Shown: piece by piece, positions 39,272 to 53,150 of the stretch
Layout of the letters: each line of letters begins with the position of its first letter
Position numbering within the stretch: the first letter of the stretch is position 1
NCBI GenBank assembly: GCA_951406725.2
Contig: OX597835.1
Location: forward strand, 37,572,001-37,636,000
Source: Octopus vulgaris
Taxonomy: Eukaryota
Direction: 5' to 3'
Length of the DNA stretch: 64,000 nucleotides
Program-made: the position numbers and the translations under genes
Notes under the pieces: model-generated
Told to the model about the DNA's origin: nothing
The model's input: only the letters and a program-made list of their open reading frames with translations
Databases searched by the model: none

Positions 39272-39652
39272 ATAGGATCTTTTCGGTTTGAACAGCAGTT
39301 TTCAACATAATTTCTAGGTAACTAAAAAATTTTAAACTTCATATTCTGGTAGAATGTGTTTATAAAAACATCTTTTTATTTTGGCTTTATTGAGAAAATT
39401 CTATTGTTTTTATGATATTTGTTGTTTTTTTCTTCAATTTCTGCAATTCCAACCAATCAATGACGTCTATTGAGGTAAAAAACATTCTGTGCCGTATGAA
39501 TATCTCCCTTGTTTAAGAAACAGATTGGGTTTATTTACATTTGTGAAGAAAAAAAGATACCCTTCCCTCACCCCTAACTCTAACCCTAACTAACCCTAAC
39601 CCTAAAACAGATTGAAATGCAATAGATTGATACTAGGGTCATAATTATGGTT
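39272..39652. mobile_element. DNA-transposon-like fragment with internal (CCCTAA)n
   Basis: Starts GGATCTTTTCGGTTTGAAC; telomere-like repeats 39571-39605; second end not seen. Confidence 0.45.
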
Positions 39653-39739
39653 TCTTAAGGCAGAATCTCAAAAATACTATATACATATATTTACCTCTTT
39701 CTATCCCTCTCTTATACTTCAACATCTCAATGCTACTTT

Positions 39740-39985
39740 CCCTCTCATTTGAGGGGTCTTTTGTCTTGCAAGTTACTTGGTGACTCCACTGGTGTAGGTA
39801 CCACATAAAAAGCACCCAGTACATTCTGTAAAGTGGTTGGCATTAGAAAGGGTATCCAGCCATATAAACTATGCCAAAGCAGACAATGGAACCCAATGAG
39901 GCTCTCTTGCTCACCACTTCTTGCCAAACCACTCAACCTATGCCAGCATTGAAAATGGACATTAAATGATGATGGTGATGATGAT
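39740..39985 (+). mobile_element. Family E repeat (diverged)
   Basis: CACATAAAAAGCACCC..GGGTATCCAGC..GGACATTAAATGATGATG. Confidence 0.75.
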
Positions 39986-40363
39986 GTATATACAATAGAA
40001 GTTGACTTTGTAATGAGTTTCCTTGTCATTGCTTACTTATGATGTGATGCAAAGCAAAGATGATTTTGTTTTTTAAAGCCCAGCTAAAGTCTCTTCACAG
40101 TTAAATGCTATGCAGAAACAAGTCATTTTGCATAGCGTACAGAAATGTGTCTTTTGAAACCATGTACCAACATATATTCCATGAATATAACAGACGTATG
40201 TTCTCTTGGGTTGCAAAGATACATTATCAGATTGCTCTGGTTCGTCTTCCCTCAAATGGTGAGCAGTTCCAGTTTTAGAAAGAGTAACAAAATGAGCTAA
40301 GGCAAATAGCTCAGTATGACCAAATAGCATGCATTTGTGTTTGAACTACATCAAGAAATACAG

Positions 40364-40394
<31 letters not shown>

Positions 40395-40404
<10 letters not shown>

Positions 40405-40952
40405 GCAGTAATAATGAAATTATTGTACACAGTGTTCAGGTGCACCTCAACTTGTCAAAAGTGCATATAAAGGATATGCAGTAATGTACAAATGTCTGGA
40501 AAGCGAACAGTGTATGAGTCAGATACATGCTTGCTTGGGTATGGAGGGGAAAAAAATCAGGTGTAGTGTTGGCGAATCTCAGGAAGCATGGAAGTTTTGA
40601 AGGATGCAGTGCTCCGACAACTAACAACTGATGCCGGCAGTTTGTTCCATATTTCAGCAACTCTTAGCATGAAAAAATGTTTCCGAATCATGGGAGCTGT
40701 GCTGTTTTCTGACTTTGTAAATATGCCCATGGGTGTTAGACAGGTAAGGTGCTCAGAGTTATTGTTAGTAAGATGGTTAATAATTTTATGGGTGTCTGCC
40801 AAGTCAGTTGCCAGACGTCAGAGTTTCAATGTGTCCATGCCCAGGGAGGTAAGGCGTTCAGAATATGGTAAATGCCTGATGGAGGGTATTCTCTTGGTTG
40901 CACATCGCTGAACGGCTTCCAGAGAATTAATATCCTGGACAAGATAGGGGAT
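40395..40952 (-). mobile_element. CR1-clade LINE 3' fragment
   Basis: PYLVQDINSLEAVQRCATKRIPSIRHLPYSERLTSLGMDTLKL..WNKLPASVV. Confidence 0.88.
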
Positions 40953-41602
40953 ATAAAATACTACATAATATACATATATGTATTATCTTTTACTTGTTCC
41001 AACCATTAGGCTGCAGCCATGCTGGGGCAGCACCTTGAAGAAATTTTGGTTGAATGAATCAGTTTCGGTACTTATTTAGGGTTTTTAAAGCCTGGTACTT
41101 ATTCTATTGATTGATTTTGATGAACTGCTAAGTTACAGGGATGTTAACACACCAACACTGGTTGTTGAGCTGTGGTGGAGCTGTGGTGGAGCTGTGGTGC
41201 CATTAAGGACAGGTTTATTCATTATCCTGGAGGAAAGAGAACAAATGTGGATACACGTTTCTGCCTTGATAACTGTCATCAGCACCACAGTTGTCTGATC
41301 ATATTAACAGTTGCCAAAGGATTTAGACAAAAAGGAGTTGAACACATTTATGGTAAATGGAATTTGCATAATTTAAATAAGAATAAGCAAAGGGAAATAA
41401 CTCATAAAGGCCAGTGGCACATATTTGTCACAGCCAAATGCTGGTATGTCAAATACTATACGACATAAATTCTATGATAATGATGGTGATGATGAACAAT
41501 GATGATGATGATGACAAAGGTGCACAATGGTGAGAATGATGAAAGATAAAGAACAATACTGCTGCTGCTTCAACTGCTGCTACTACTGCTGCTGCTACTG
41601 CT

Positions 41603-41952
41603 GTTGAGCGAATGGTCTTCGTCCCAGAGCTTGCAAGATGGGAGAAGTCCGAAACGTGGTCCTTTGCTATTCGTAAGACCTGCAGAAGAGGAAGCAGGTC
41701 AACCCCCGACACTGAGAGCATCGACAGATGGATGAATGTGCATCCAGGCTCAGCGGTTGCATAGGAAGTCGGGGACAAGAAACAGGAAGAAAGAATGAGA
41801 GAAAGAGTACAACAGGGGTCGCCACCACCCTCTGACGGAGCCTCATGGAGCTTTAGGTGTTTCCACTCAATAAACACACACAACACCCGGTCTGGGAATC
41901 GAATCTTCCGACCGCGAGTCCGCTGCCCTAACCACTGGGCCATTGTGCCTCA
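41603..41952 (-). mobile_element. SINE family C with tail 3
   Basis: Matches 33279-33650. Confidence 0.92.
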
Positions 41953-42299
41953 ACTGCTGCTGCTACTGATGATGATGATGATTATGCACAAGAGGTTTCC
42001 ACAGTTTCTATCTACCAGACTTTACTCACAAACCATCAATCAACCCCTCCCTCCCACTCCCTCTGCCACGGCTACAGTAAAAGACACTTTTGCCCATGGT
42101 GCCTTCTGCTTGCAGTTGGAATTGAACTCAAAACCATGTGGCTTGAAGATGAACTCCTTAACTATGCCAATCTACCTGTGCTCTATTATCGTCTTCTTAA
42201 TGAATATTTAACGGACATTTTATGAATAACATCTTTATTATCGTTAACATCATTATTATTGTAATTATAATTACCTCTGTTCCAGTTATCATTGGTGTC

Positions 42300-43299
42300 A
42301 TCATCGAATACTATTACTACTACTACTACCATCACCACCACCGCTACTATTACCACCACTACTATTGTTGTTTCTGCTGCTACTACAACCTCCAACACCA
42401 CCACCACTACTACTACTAGCACCACTGCTACCCCACTGCAGCCACAACCGCTACCACCACCACCATTGTTGTTGTTGCTGCTACTACTACCACAACCATA
42501 ACCGCCTCTACTACTACTACTACTACTACTAGCAGCACCACTGCTATCCCACCACAACTGCCACCACCACTCCTACTACTACTACTACCACCACTACCAC
42601 CATTACGGCTGCTGCAGCTACTACTACTACCCGCACCACCTCCACCACCACTACTATTACCATCATCATCACAGCTGCTGTTGCTACCACCACCACCACC
42701 ACCACCACCAACACTGACACCACTACTGCCACCACTACCACCACTACTATGTTTAATTAACCCTGATTAAGATTTTTCAGCAAAAATTGATGAAAGTCAG
42801 GAACAAGACTCCTTGCCCTATAAAAACAAATTAAATAAAACAAAACGAACAAAAAAAATCCAAAAATAAAGTAAAATAAAGCCAAACATGACCTTCACCA
42901 CAAATTCCAGCAAGAATTTCTACCATTTTTCTTTTTGTGTTTATAATTTAAAGAGTAAAAATGAAAACTTCTCTTTTTTTAAATTTCGAATTTTAAAAAA
43001 TATTTTAAATGTTTTATTATTATATTTTTAAACATTTTTTAATTTTTTTTTTTTTAGAACTTTGAACTTCGTGTGTAAATATTGATTGTAATGTGTTGAT
43101 TATTATCACCATCAACATCACCATCATCATCGTCGTCGTCATCGTTGTCATCATCGTCATCATCATCATCATCACCATCATCCTCATCGTTGTTGTGGTC
43201 ATCATCGTTGTCATAATCCTCATTGTCATCATCATCATCATCAGCACCACCACCACTACCACCCACTGAGATGAATGCCACCACCAGCACCACCACCAT

Positions 43300-43350
<51 letters not shown>

Positions 43351-43803
43351 CATCATCACCATCATCATTATCATCCTCACCATCATCATAATCACCATCA
43401 CCACTATCATCATCATCATCATCATCATCACCATCATCACCATCACCATCATCATCATCATCATGAACTCTACCAACATTGTCGTCGTCATCAACATTAT
43501 CATCATCATTATCATCACCATCACCACCATCATCATCATTATCGTCGCAATCTTTTAACTGCGGCAGTGGCAGCAGCACCACCTCCACCTCCACCACTAT
43601 TACCATTATCATCATCATCATCATCACCATCTGCAGCACCACTGCCACCACCATCTACTAATGTCCACCATGCTGCTGCCACCACCACCACCACCACCAC
43701 TGCAACTACCACACTTATTTTTGCACCTCTTCCTCCTCCTCTTTCTGTTTCCTTCCTTAACGTAGCCTCTACCTTGGAAGATCCTACTAACTCCAACAGC
43801 AAT

Positions 43804-43846
<43 letters not shown>

Positions 43847-44121
43847 GCAACAAGCCTGTTGTTGGGTGAAATGCATTTTTTTCTCCATCACTTCCTGCTG
43901 CTATATACATCTACATACATATACAAAGATACACACACACATATATATATACAGATATATATATATATATATACACACATACATACATACATATATATAT
44001 ATATATATGCATATATATATATATATATATATATACATACATACATATATATACATGTATATATGCATACACACATACATATATATATATATACATGTAT
44101 ATATGCATATATACATACATA

Positions 44122-44165
<44 letters not shown>

Positions 44166-44243
44166 CATATATATACATGTATATATGCATACACACATAC
44201 ATATATATATATATATACATGTATATATGCATATATACATATA

Positions 44244-44300
<57 letters not shown>

Positions 44301-44452
44301 ATATGCATATATACATACATACATATATATATGTATGTATGTATATATGCATATATAAATACATACATATATATGTATGTATATATGCATATACATACAT
44401 ATGTATGTATGTATGTATATATGCATATATATAAGTATATATATTTATTATG

Positions 44453-44484
<32 letters not shown>

Positions 44485-44520
44485 TGCACACATATACATA
44501 AATATATACACATATTTACA
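42300..44520. repeat. Mosaic of (CTA/CCA/CAT/CAA)n and (TA/TACA)n microsatellites
   Basis: Direct inspection, with short unique spacers. Confidence 0.9.
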
Positions 44521-45187
44521 CACAGGTATATACATGTTCACCTCTCAGTTCTTCCCTCCCACTCCTGTTTATTTTTTTCAACTGCACCTGCAATCAAAAA
44601 CAAACACAAATATCGTGCACACGTGCACACAAAAATACACTAACACGCACACACACACACACACACTCCCTCTCACACATACGCACACATGGACATGCAA
44701 CATCTCAACCAAAATTGATCCTTAAATATTTTATTGATTTTCCTCATCTCTCATTCCCTGTCACCACCCCCACCAGCTCCCTTTATACCCCCACCCTCAT
44801 TCAAAAGCATTCTTTTCATATGCATATATTTATGCACATACTCACAAGCACTGGAAATAGCAGCTAAATTTTAATTAAATCGCACCCTGCTTCATAGCAC
44901 ACTCTTTTTAATGAAGGATATGTTAGATTGTGAAGCTCCTAATATACAAAAGTACATGAATAGACAGAAGAGTCATGGATGGAGTGCCCTTCATATTAGC
45001 TCCTCTACCTTGGCAGTTTCGGATTGTAATCATATGAAATGCGACAAGACAGTCTGGATATATAAAGACATTGTACCTTTTCTGACTCTTTACACTTCCT
45101 GAAAATCGGCAGATATTCTAGTAATGAGAACAACAGAATCAGACAAGAAAATGGTTTGAATATTCAGAAGAAATTGATATATTGATA

Positions 45188-45515
45188 GGCGCAGGAGTGG
45201 CTGTGTGGTAAGTAGCTTGCTTACCAACCACATGGCATCTTGGGCAAATGTCTTCTACTATAGCCTCGGGCTGACCAAAGCCTTGTGAGTGGATTTTGTA
45301 GACGGAAACTGAAAGAAGCCCGTCGTATATATGTATATGTATATGTATGTGTGTGTGTGTGTATGTTTGTGTGTCTGTGTTTGTCCCCCTAGCATTGCTT
45401 GACAACCATGTTTACGTCGCTGGTGTGTTTACGTCACTGTAACTTAGCAGTTCGGCAAAAGAGAGCCGCAGTCAAATGACTGAAACAAGTAAAAGAGTAA
45501 AGAGTAAAAGTAAGA
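45188..45515 (+). mobile_element. SINE family A with two internal deletions
   Basis: Intact termini; B-box segment and mid-tail missing. Confidence 0.88.
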
Positions 45516-45799
45516 GATGTGTTAGATATGTCATGTCTGCCACAAGATTCAGGTTTTGTCGAGGTGAGGAGGCCTGTGTGTTACATTGACTCTCAAAGCT
45601 GTTCCAGCAAAGTGTAAGCTTCTGGTTGGGTGTCCTATCCTGGCCAGGTCAAAGATTACAGGCCAGGTTATTATGTATCATGTCTTGCCAGAGTTAAAAG
45701 TGGATTTGCATGGGTTCAAAACCCCAGGCTAGACAAAAGGCAAACTGGTAGAAGCTCTGAGAAAGGAAGGACTTCCCTCAGGGAAACTTGACATGATGC

Positions 45800-45970
45800 A
45801 GCAAAATCCAAAAGGATGCTCAAAAAATAGCTGGAGACAGCATACTGAAGCAGAGCTGAAAAAGCAGAGGGCCAACCAGTGAGAAGCAGAAAGAAGGTCC
45901 TGGGGTCAAGAACTTTGGAGAAAAGTTGTTGTTGGCCTATGCTTCTCAGGAAGTGAAGGGTTCAAGGAGA
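45800..45970 (+). pseudogene. Degraded RTE-like ORF C-terminus
   Basis: KGCSKNSWRQHTEAELKK..EAERR..LWRKVVVGLCFSG resembles GRPKNTWRR..E.E....A..R..WR..V.GLC. Confidence 0.55.
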
Positions 45971-45984
45971 TGCAAAAGATATCT

Positions 45985-46180
45985 AGGCACAAGGTCCGAA
46001 AATTTTGGGGAGGGGACCAGTCGATTAGATCAACACCAGTATGCAACTGGTACTTAATTTATTGAACCCAAAAGGATGAAAGGCAAAGTCAACCTCAGTG
46101 GAATTTGAACTCAGAACATAAAGACAGACGAACTACCGCTAAGCATTTCACCCGGCATGCTAACATTTTTGCCAGCTCAA
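45985..46180 (-). mobile_element. SINE family B
   Basis: Matches B consensus. Confidence 0.85.
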
Positions 46181-46438
46181 GATGCAATCAATATGCCAGG
46201 ACACAAGATGGGATGGGCATAATTAGAATGCCTGTTGAATAAAGTGCATTAGTGTCCTAGGATGATTGGAGGACAGAGCCAAAATATCTCTTCATCTTTT
46301 TACTTCTTTGAGTCACTGGACTGTGGCCATGCTGGGGCACTACCTTGAAGGGTTTTTAAGTGAAATGAATTGAGCCCACTATTTACCTTTAAGTCAGGTG
46401 CTTATTTTATCAGTCTCTTTTATCAAACCGCTAGGTGA

Positions 46439-46474
<36 letters not shown>

Positions 46475-46475
<1 letters not shown>

Positions 46476-46958
46476 TAGCAGTATCGCCCGATGTTGCTCA
46501 GGTTTGTAAGGGAAATAACTATATAAGAATTTTTAGAGAGTTACTTCCCTTATAGATGCCAATTCGGGCTTTCTTAGCCATTTCTGTTTTGGTGTCTTCA
46601 AGCCATGAAGTCGTTGTTCTAAAAGAACGCTGGTCTCCTTGACAACGCTTTACGACGTTGATTTCCTTACACTCCCTTCCCCACAGCTTCACGAGGGAGG
46701 GAAGAAGGGGGGGAAGCAACTCCGCCGCCATCGACACACGAAAAATTATGCATTAAAATGGAATAAAAAATGATGTTAAATTATTTTTAAAATTGTAGAC
46801 TCATCGTAGACGCGCGCTAATACTCAGACAGGCTCGATACGAATCACGACTATAAGATACCCGAATTTGGTTAAACTGAACCGCAAAATGTGGGAGGAGT
46901 TAGGAATCTAAATCGAAGGGGACAGACACTCACACAACTACAGTTTTATATATATAGA
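46475..46958 (-). mobile_element. Non-autonomous Helitron
   Basis: TC..CTAG termini on minus strand, subterminal hairpin, homologous to 13162-13564. Confidence 0.85.
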
Positions 46959-46971
46959 TATATATATATGA

Positions 46972-47015
<44 letters not shown>

Positions 47016-47019
<4 letters not shown>

Positions 47020-47196
47020 CTTGCTAGCCACTAAAACTTTTTCTATTTTCTCTCCCTATTTATTTCTGTGTTCCTTTCTGTCAAAGAGCATACGCTTGAG
47101 ACATTACAGACTTTTTCACTTCCCAAGAGTTAAACTAATACACCTGTTTGTTGTTTATACACCCATCTTTGTCTTTTGTTTTTTTGTAAATTCTCA

Positions 47197-47200
<4 letters not shown>
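47016..47200 (+). mobile_element. TA-flanked element with degenerate hammerhead-like fold
   Basis: 47077-47110: TCTG-TCAAAGA-GCATACGCTT-GAGA-CAT-TA-CAGA. Confidence 0.4.
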
Positions 47201-47239
<39 letters not shown>

Positions 47240-47289
47240 TTCCACATATTCACACACATATATGTCCTCCATACATAGAGGTTTGCCCT

Positions 47290-47745
47290 TTCAGGTACTG
47301 GTACCACTTAAAAAGCACCTGTGCCAGTGTTGCGTTAACACACCCAAACTGGTGGCATGTAAAAAGCATTCAGCACATTCTGTTAAATGGTTGGCATTAG
47401 GAAAGGCATCCAGTCATAGAAACCATACCTATTTCTTTACTACCCACAAGGGGCTAAACACAGAGAGTACAAACAAGGACAGACACATGGATTAAGTCGA
47501 TATTTAATCAACCCCGAAAGGATGAAAGGCAAAGTCGACCTCAGCGGAATTTGAACTCAGAATGTAGTGACAGACGAAATATTGCTGAGCATTTTGCCTG
47601 CCGTGCTAACATTTCTGCCAGCTTGCTGCCTTAGAAACCACACCACAACAAACAGTTGGAGTCTGGACAGTTACCTGCTAGCCAGCTCTATATTAAATCA
47701 TCCAAACCATGCCAGCACAGGAAGTGGACATTAAACGATGATGAT
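47290..47745 (+). mobile_element. Family E repeat interrupted by a minus-strand family B SINE (47430-47631)
   Basis: TSD TAGAAACCAYACC at 47417-47429 and 47632-47644. Confidence 0.85.
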
Positions 47746-48607
47746 GGTGTGTATGTGTGTGTGTGTGTGTGTGTGTATGAGTGGTTAGGGTTTGGGCATG
47801 TTAATGTCTAACAAATCTGTCCTTTATGCCCAAACTTCCATGAAGACATATCCAGTCATGGGAAAATATTACTTTACTCAGAAACAGGCGAGGGTTAGCA
47901 ACAGGAAGGACACCCGCCTACAGAAATTCTATCTCAACACATTTCATCTGATCTGTGAATGTCAAAATGAAGATGGTAGTGATGGTGATGATGATGATGA
48001 TGATGATACTGATCACTTCTGTGTCTAGCCAACTGATGAATTATATATGCTTCACTGATGAGAACTAACAACTTTGAAACACCATGTCCATTGTTCTCAT
48101 TAGTCGGCTTTAAAGACCAGATCCTTTTCTTTATGCATTGTCTTAATTATTCCCCAAATTTGGATTAACTGGTATTATTGGAATTACCAACCGTGTTTAT
48201 TTTTTGTCTTAGATTATACACAACTTTATAAGAAGGTTTAGTTTGTTTTTTAATTACAAAGATAATTATCTCAGTTAATCAGATTTTCAACTTGTTATAT
48301 TACATATGCAAGACACAAAACAGTTCTGTATTTGTACTTAGTATGCAGAAGGCCTTCTTCTTGCTTCTAATGTATATGCGAGTGTGTGTGTATGTGTGTG
48401 TGTGTGTGTGTTGCATGTGTGTGCATATATTTGTGCGTGTGCATATATTTGTGTATGTGTGTGTGTGTGTACACACAAGCACATGCGTGTCTATATATAT
48501 ATACACACATATATACACATATATACAATACGTGCATAAATGTGTGTGTAAGAGCACACACACACACACATATATATGTGTATATATATAAATATAGACA
48601 CACACAG

Positions 48608-48656
<49 letters not shown>

Positions 48657-49407
48657 TATGTATGTACATCATTATCATCTATATATATATAAATATATAT
48701 ATTTATCATCATATATTTATCTGTATATATATTTATATTTATATATACTATTATATATATATATTTATATATACTATTATATAGATGTATACATATTTAT
48801 ACATATACATATTTATATATACTATTATATAAAGATATATATGTATATATATATTTATATTTATATATATTATTATAAAGATATATATGTATATATTTAT
48901 ATACATATACAGAGAGAGGGAGAGAGAGAAATTGAGGGAGAGTGAGAATTCTAGAAAAAGACTCAAACAAACACAGCTAAATAAATAAACCGTTAACGAT
49001 TACAAATGTTCTAATTTGATTTACACAGATTAGATATTGAACGAAAAACAAAAAGAAAATAACATAAAAACACCAAAAACAAAGCAAATCAAAAACAATA
49101 CAAAAACAATACAAAAGGCATGCAATAACAATAACAATAACAAATGGAACAAAGAAAGTTGCAATAAGTCGTACAAAACAATGCAAGGTATTAATTTATA
49201 ATTCACTAATCCTTAATCCCACATTCTCATAATCCTCATAATCTGCTTTCATCCAAGACGGAATTTTAAATAGTTTAGTCAAGTCTGTGTAATTTGTTTT
49301 CAAACATGAAAAATGTCTTGTTTTTCAGAAGTCTGTGCCATTCTCTTTATGTTCCTCTGAAGAATTGACACTGTTGCTGTGGTTATTCTTGTTGCTATGG
49401 TTAGCAG

Positions 49408-49438
<31 letters not shown>

Positions 49439-49551
49439 GGTAGTGCTGGTGCCGTTGGTGGTGGTGTTATTGTTGTTGTTGTTGCTGGCCGGTAGGTTTA
49501 ATAATTGTCATTGTGGTTGTAACTCTGTTTATGTAAATGTGAATATATAGA

Positions 49552-52060
49552 ATGTGTGTGTGTGGTGTGTATTTACATTTGTGTGTGTATGTATATTTGT
49601 GTGTGCATGTGTGTGTGGTGTGTATGTATATGTGTGTGTGTATGTGTGTATATTTGTGTGTGTGGTGTGTATATATATTTGTGTGTGCATGTGTGTGTGT
49701 GGTTTGTATGTATATTTGTGTGTGCATGTGTGTGTGTGGTTTGTATGTATATTTGTGTGTGCATGTGTGTGTGTGGTTTGTATGTATATTTGTGTGTGAA
49801 TGTGTGTGTGTGGTTTGTATGTATATTTGTGTGTGCATGTGTGTGTGTGGTTTGTATGTATATTTGTGTGTGCATGTGTGTGTGTGGTTTGTATGTATAT
49901 TTGTGTGTGCATGTGTGTGTGTGGTTTGTATGTATATTTGTGTGTGCATGTGTGTGTGTAGTTTGTATGTATATTTGTGTGTGCATGTGTGTGTGTGGTT
50001 TGTATGTATATTTGTGTGTGCATGTGTGTGTGTGGTTTGTATGTATATTTGTGTGTGCATGTGTGTGTGTGGTTTGTATGTATATTTGTGTGTGCATGTG
50101 TGTGTGTGGTTTGTATGTATATTTGTGTGTGCATGTGTGTGTGTGGTTTGTATGTATATTTGTGTGTGCATGTGTGTGTGTGGTTTGTATGTATATTTGT
50201 GTGTGCATGTGTGTGTGTGGTTTGTATGTATATTTGTGTGTGCATGTGTGTGTGGTGTGTATGTATATTTGTGTGTGCATGTGTGTGTGGTGTGTATGTA
50301 TATTTGTGTGTGCATGTGTGTGTGGTGTGTATGTATATTTGTGTGTGCATGTGTGTGTGGTGTGTGCATGTGTGTGTGGTGTGTTTGTGTGTGCATGTGT
50401 GTGTGTGTGTGTGGTTTGTATGTATATTTGTGTGTGCATGTGTGTGTGTGGTTTGTATGTATATTTGTGTGTGCATGTTTGTGTGGTGTGTATGTATATT
50501 TGTGTGTGCATGTGTGTGTGTGGTGTGTATGTATATTTGTGTGTGCATGTGTGTGTGTGGTTTGTATGTATATTTGTGTGTGCATGTTTGTGTGGTGTGT
50601 GCATGTGTGTGTGTGGTTTGTATGTATATTTGTGTGTGCATGTGTGTGTGTGGTTTGTATGTATATTTGTGTGTGCATGTGTGTGTGTGGTTTGTATGTA
50701 TATTTGTGTGTGCATGTTTGTGTGGTGTGTATGTATATTTGTGTGTGCATGTGTGTGTGTGGTGTGTATGTATATTTGTGTGTGCATGTGTGTGTGTGGT
50801 TTGTATGTATATTTGTGTGTGCATGTGTGTGTGTGGTTTGTATGTATATTTGTGTGTGCATGTTTGTGTGGTGTGTATGTATATTTGTGTGTGCATGTGT
50901 GTGTGTGGTGTGTATGTATATTTGTGTGTGCATGTGTGTGTGTGGTGTGTATGTATATTTGTGTGTGCATGTGTGTGTGTGGTTTGTATGTATATTTGTG
51001 TGTGCATGTGTGTGTGGTGTGTGCATGTGTGTGTGTGGTGTGTGCATGTGTGTGTGTGGTTTGTATGTATATTTGTGTGTGCATGTGTGTGTGTGGTTTG
51101 TATGTATATTTGTGTGTGCATGTTTGTGTGGTGTGTGCATGTGTGTGTGTGGTTTGTATGTATATTTGTGTGTGCATGTGTGTGTGTGGTTTGTATGTAT
51201 ATTTGTGTGTGCATGTGTGTGTGTGGTTTGTATGTATATTTGTGTGTGCATGTGTGTGTGTGGTGTGTATGTATATTTGTGTGTGCATGTGTGTGTGTGG
51301 TTTGTATGTATATTTGTGTGTGCATGTTTGTGTGGTGTGTATGTATATTTGTGTGTGCATGTGTGTGTGGTGTGTATGTATATTTGTGTGTGCATGTGTG
51401 TGTGTGGTTTGTATGTATATTTGTGTGTGCATGTTTGTGTGGTGTGTGCATGTGTGTGTGGTGTGTATGTATATTTGTGTGTGCATGTGTGTGTGGTGTG
51501 TGCATGTGTGTGTGGTGTGTATGTATATTTGTGTGTGCATGTGTGTGTGGTGTGTGCATGTGTGTGTGGTGTGTATGTATATTTGTGTGCATGTGTGTGT
51601 GGTGTGTGCATGTGTGTGTGGTGTGTATGTATATTTGTGTGTGCATGTGTGTGTGGTGTGTGCATGTGTGTGTGGTGTGTATGTATATTTGTGTGTGCAT
51701 GTGTGTGTGGTGTGTGCATGTGTGTGTGGTGTGTATGTATATTTGTGTGTGCATGTGTGTGTGGTGTGTGCATGTGTGTGTGGTGTGTATGTATATTTGT
51801 GTGTGCATGTGTGTGTGTGCTGTGTATGTATATTTGTGTGTGCATGTGTGATGGTATGTATGCATATTTGTGTGTACATGTGTGTGTGTGCTGTGTATGT
51901 ATATTTGTGTGTGCATGTGTGTATGGTGTGTATGTATACTTGTGTGTGCATATGTGTGTGGTATGTATGTATATTTATGTGTGTGTGGTGTGTATGTACA
52001 TTTATGTGTGTGTGGTGTGTATGTATATTTGTGTGTGTGTGTATGTGTGTATGTGCATGA
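49552..52060. repeat. 37-bp TG-rich minisatellite with shorter variant units
   Basis: GTTTGTATGTATATTTGTGTGTGCATGTGTGTGTGTG repeated; explains the 600-875 aa ORFs. Confidence 0.95.
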
Positions 52061-52104
52061 ATGTGTATGTGCGTGTGTATGTATGTGTATATGTATATGA
52101 GTGT

Positions 52105-52430
52105 GAAGGCACATAGCTCAGTGGTTAGAGCATTGAGCTTATGATTGTGAGGTTGTGAGCTCGAATCCCAGAACAGGCTGTGTATTGTGTTCTTGAGCAA
52201 GACACTTTATTTCACGTTGCTCCAGTTCACTCAGCTGTAGAAATGAGTTGTGACGTCAGTGGTATCAATCTGTATCGGCCCCTTTGCCTTTCCCTTGGCG
52301 TAAAGAGGGGAGGCTGGTATGCATGGGCGACTGCTGGTCTTCCATAAACAGCCTTGCCCAGACTTGTGCCTTGGAGGGTAACTTTCTTGGTGCGATCCCA
52401 TGGTCTGTGTCACGACCGAAGGGGGTCTCA
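52105..52430 (+). mobile_element. SINE family D, near full length
   Basis: tRNA-like head TAGCTCAGTGGTTAGAGC..CTCGAATCCC; core CTTGAGCAAGACACTTTATTTCACGTTGCTCCAG. Confidence 0.88.
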
Positions 52431-52676
52431 TAATGTGTATGAGTGTGTATGTGTTTTTTTTTGTGTGTGTGTATGTGTGCATATATGTATCTGTGTGTTC
52501 TTACATATACTGTTAGTGGTTGAACATGTGAACCATCTTTCTTTTCTCGTCTACTTTCTGCTCTTTCTCGTTCCTCCTTGAACTTTCATCAAGTTCCCAG
52601 CAAAGGACTATGTCCGAAACTATTCTTTCACTCGACAAATTTTTTCCTTCTTTGAGTGTTAACCTACTACTACTAT

Positions 52677-52714
<38 letters not shown>

Positions 52715-52719
52715 AATTA

Positions 52720-52916
52720 TAATCCTTTCTTCTGGAAGCACAATGCCTCAAATTTGGGGGAAGGGATTAAGTCATTTACATAGACCCCACTGTGTAACTG
52801 CTACCTCTTTAATCGACCCCAAATGGATGAAAGGCAAAGTTAACCATGGCAGAATTTGAACTCAGAATGTAGTGGTTGATGAAATACCGCTAAGCATTTT
52901 GTCCGGCATGCTAACG

Positions 52917-52918
<2 letters not shown>
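52720..52918 (-). mobile_element. SINE family B
   Basis: Near-inverted counterpart at 53897-54090. Confidence 0.85.
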
Positions 52919-52964
<46 letters not shown>

Positions 52965-52966
<2 letters not shown>

Positions 52967-53150
52967 TGGAGCATTGGGCACAATAAAAACAGGAACAAAA
53001 ATGTAGAAGCTGTACCTGGATCTTCAATACTACAAACTATCCAAAATATAGCCCTGCTAGGAACAGCATGTATCCTATGCAAGACACAATCAATTCAATA
53101 ATACACCCTAAACAAAACAACCCACAAACATGAGACACTTTATACAGCAA
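52965..53150 (+). pseudogene. R4/Dong-like non-LTR 3' end next to (TAA)n
   Basis: IGALGTIKTG..VPGSSILQTIQNIALLGTACILCKTQSIQ* resembles IGALG..IQKIALLGTAHILRKTLS. Confidence 0.7.

Noticed and set aside
48050-48095. Hammerhead CTGATGA..GAAAC..GTC
   Set aside because: Core present but stems I and II do not pair convincingly; kept only as a weak member
49467-52200. 600-875 aa ORFs on both strands
   Set aside because: Read-through of a stop-poor TG minisatellite; open in several frames, no domain content
52595-52625. GGAC-TAT-GTCC-GAAAC hammerhead half
   Set aside because: No CUGANGA core or stem I
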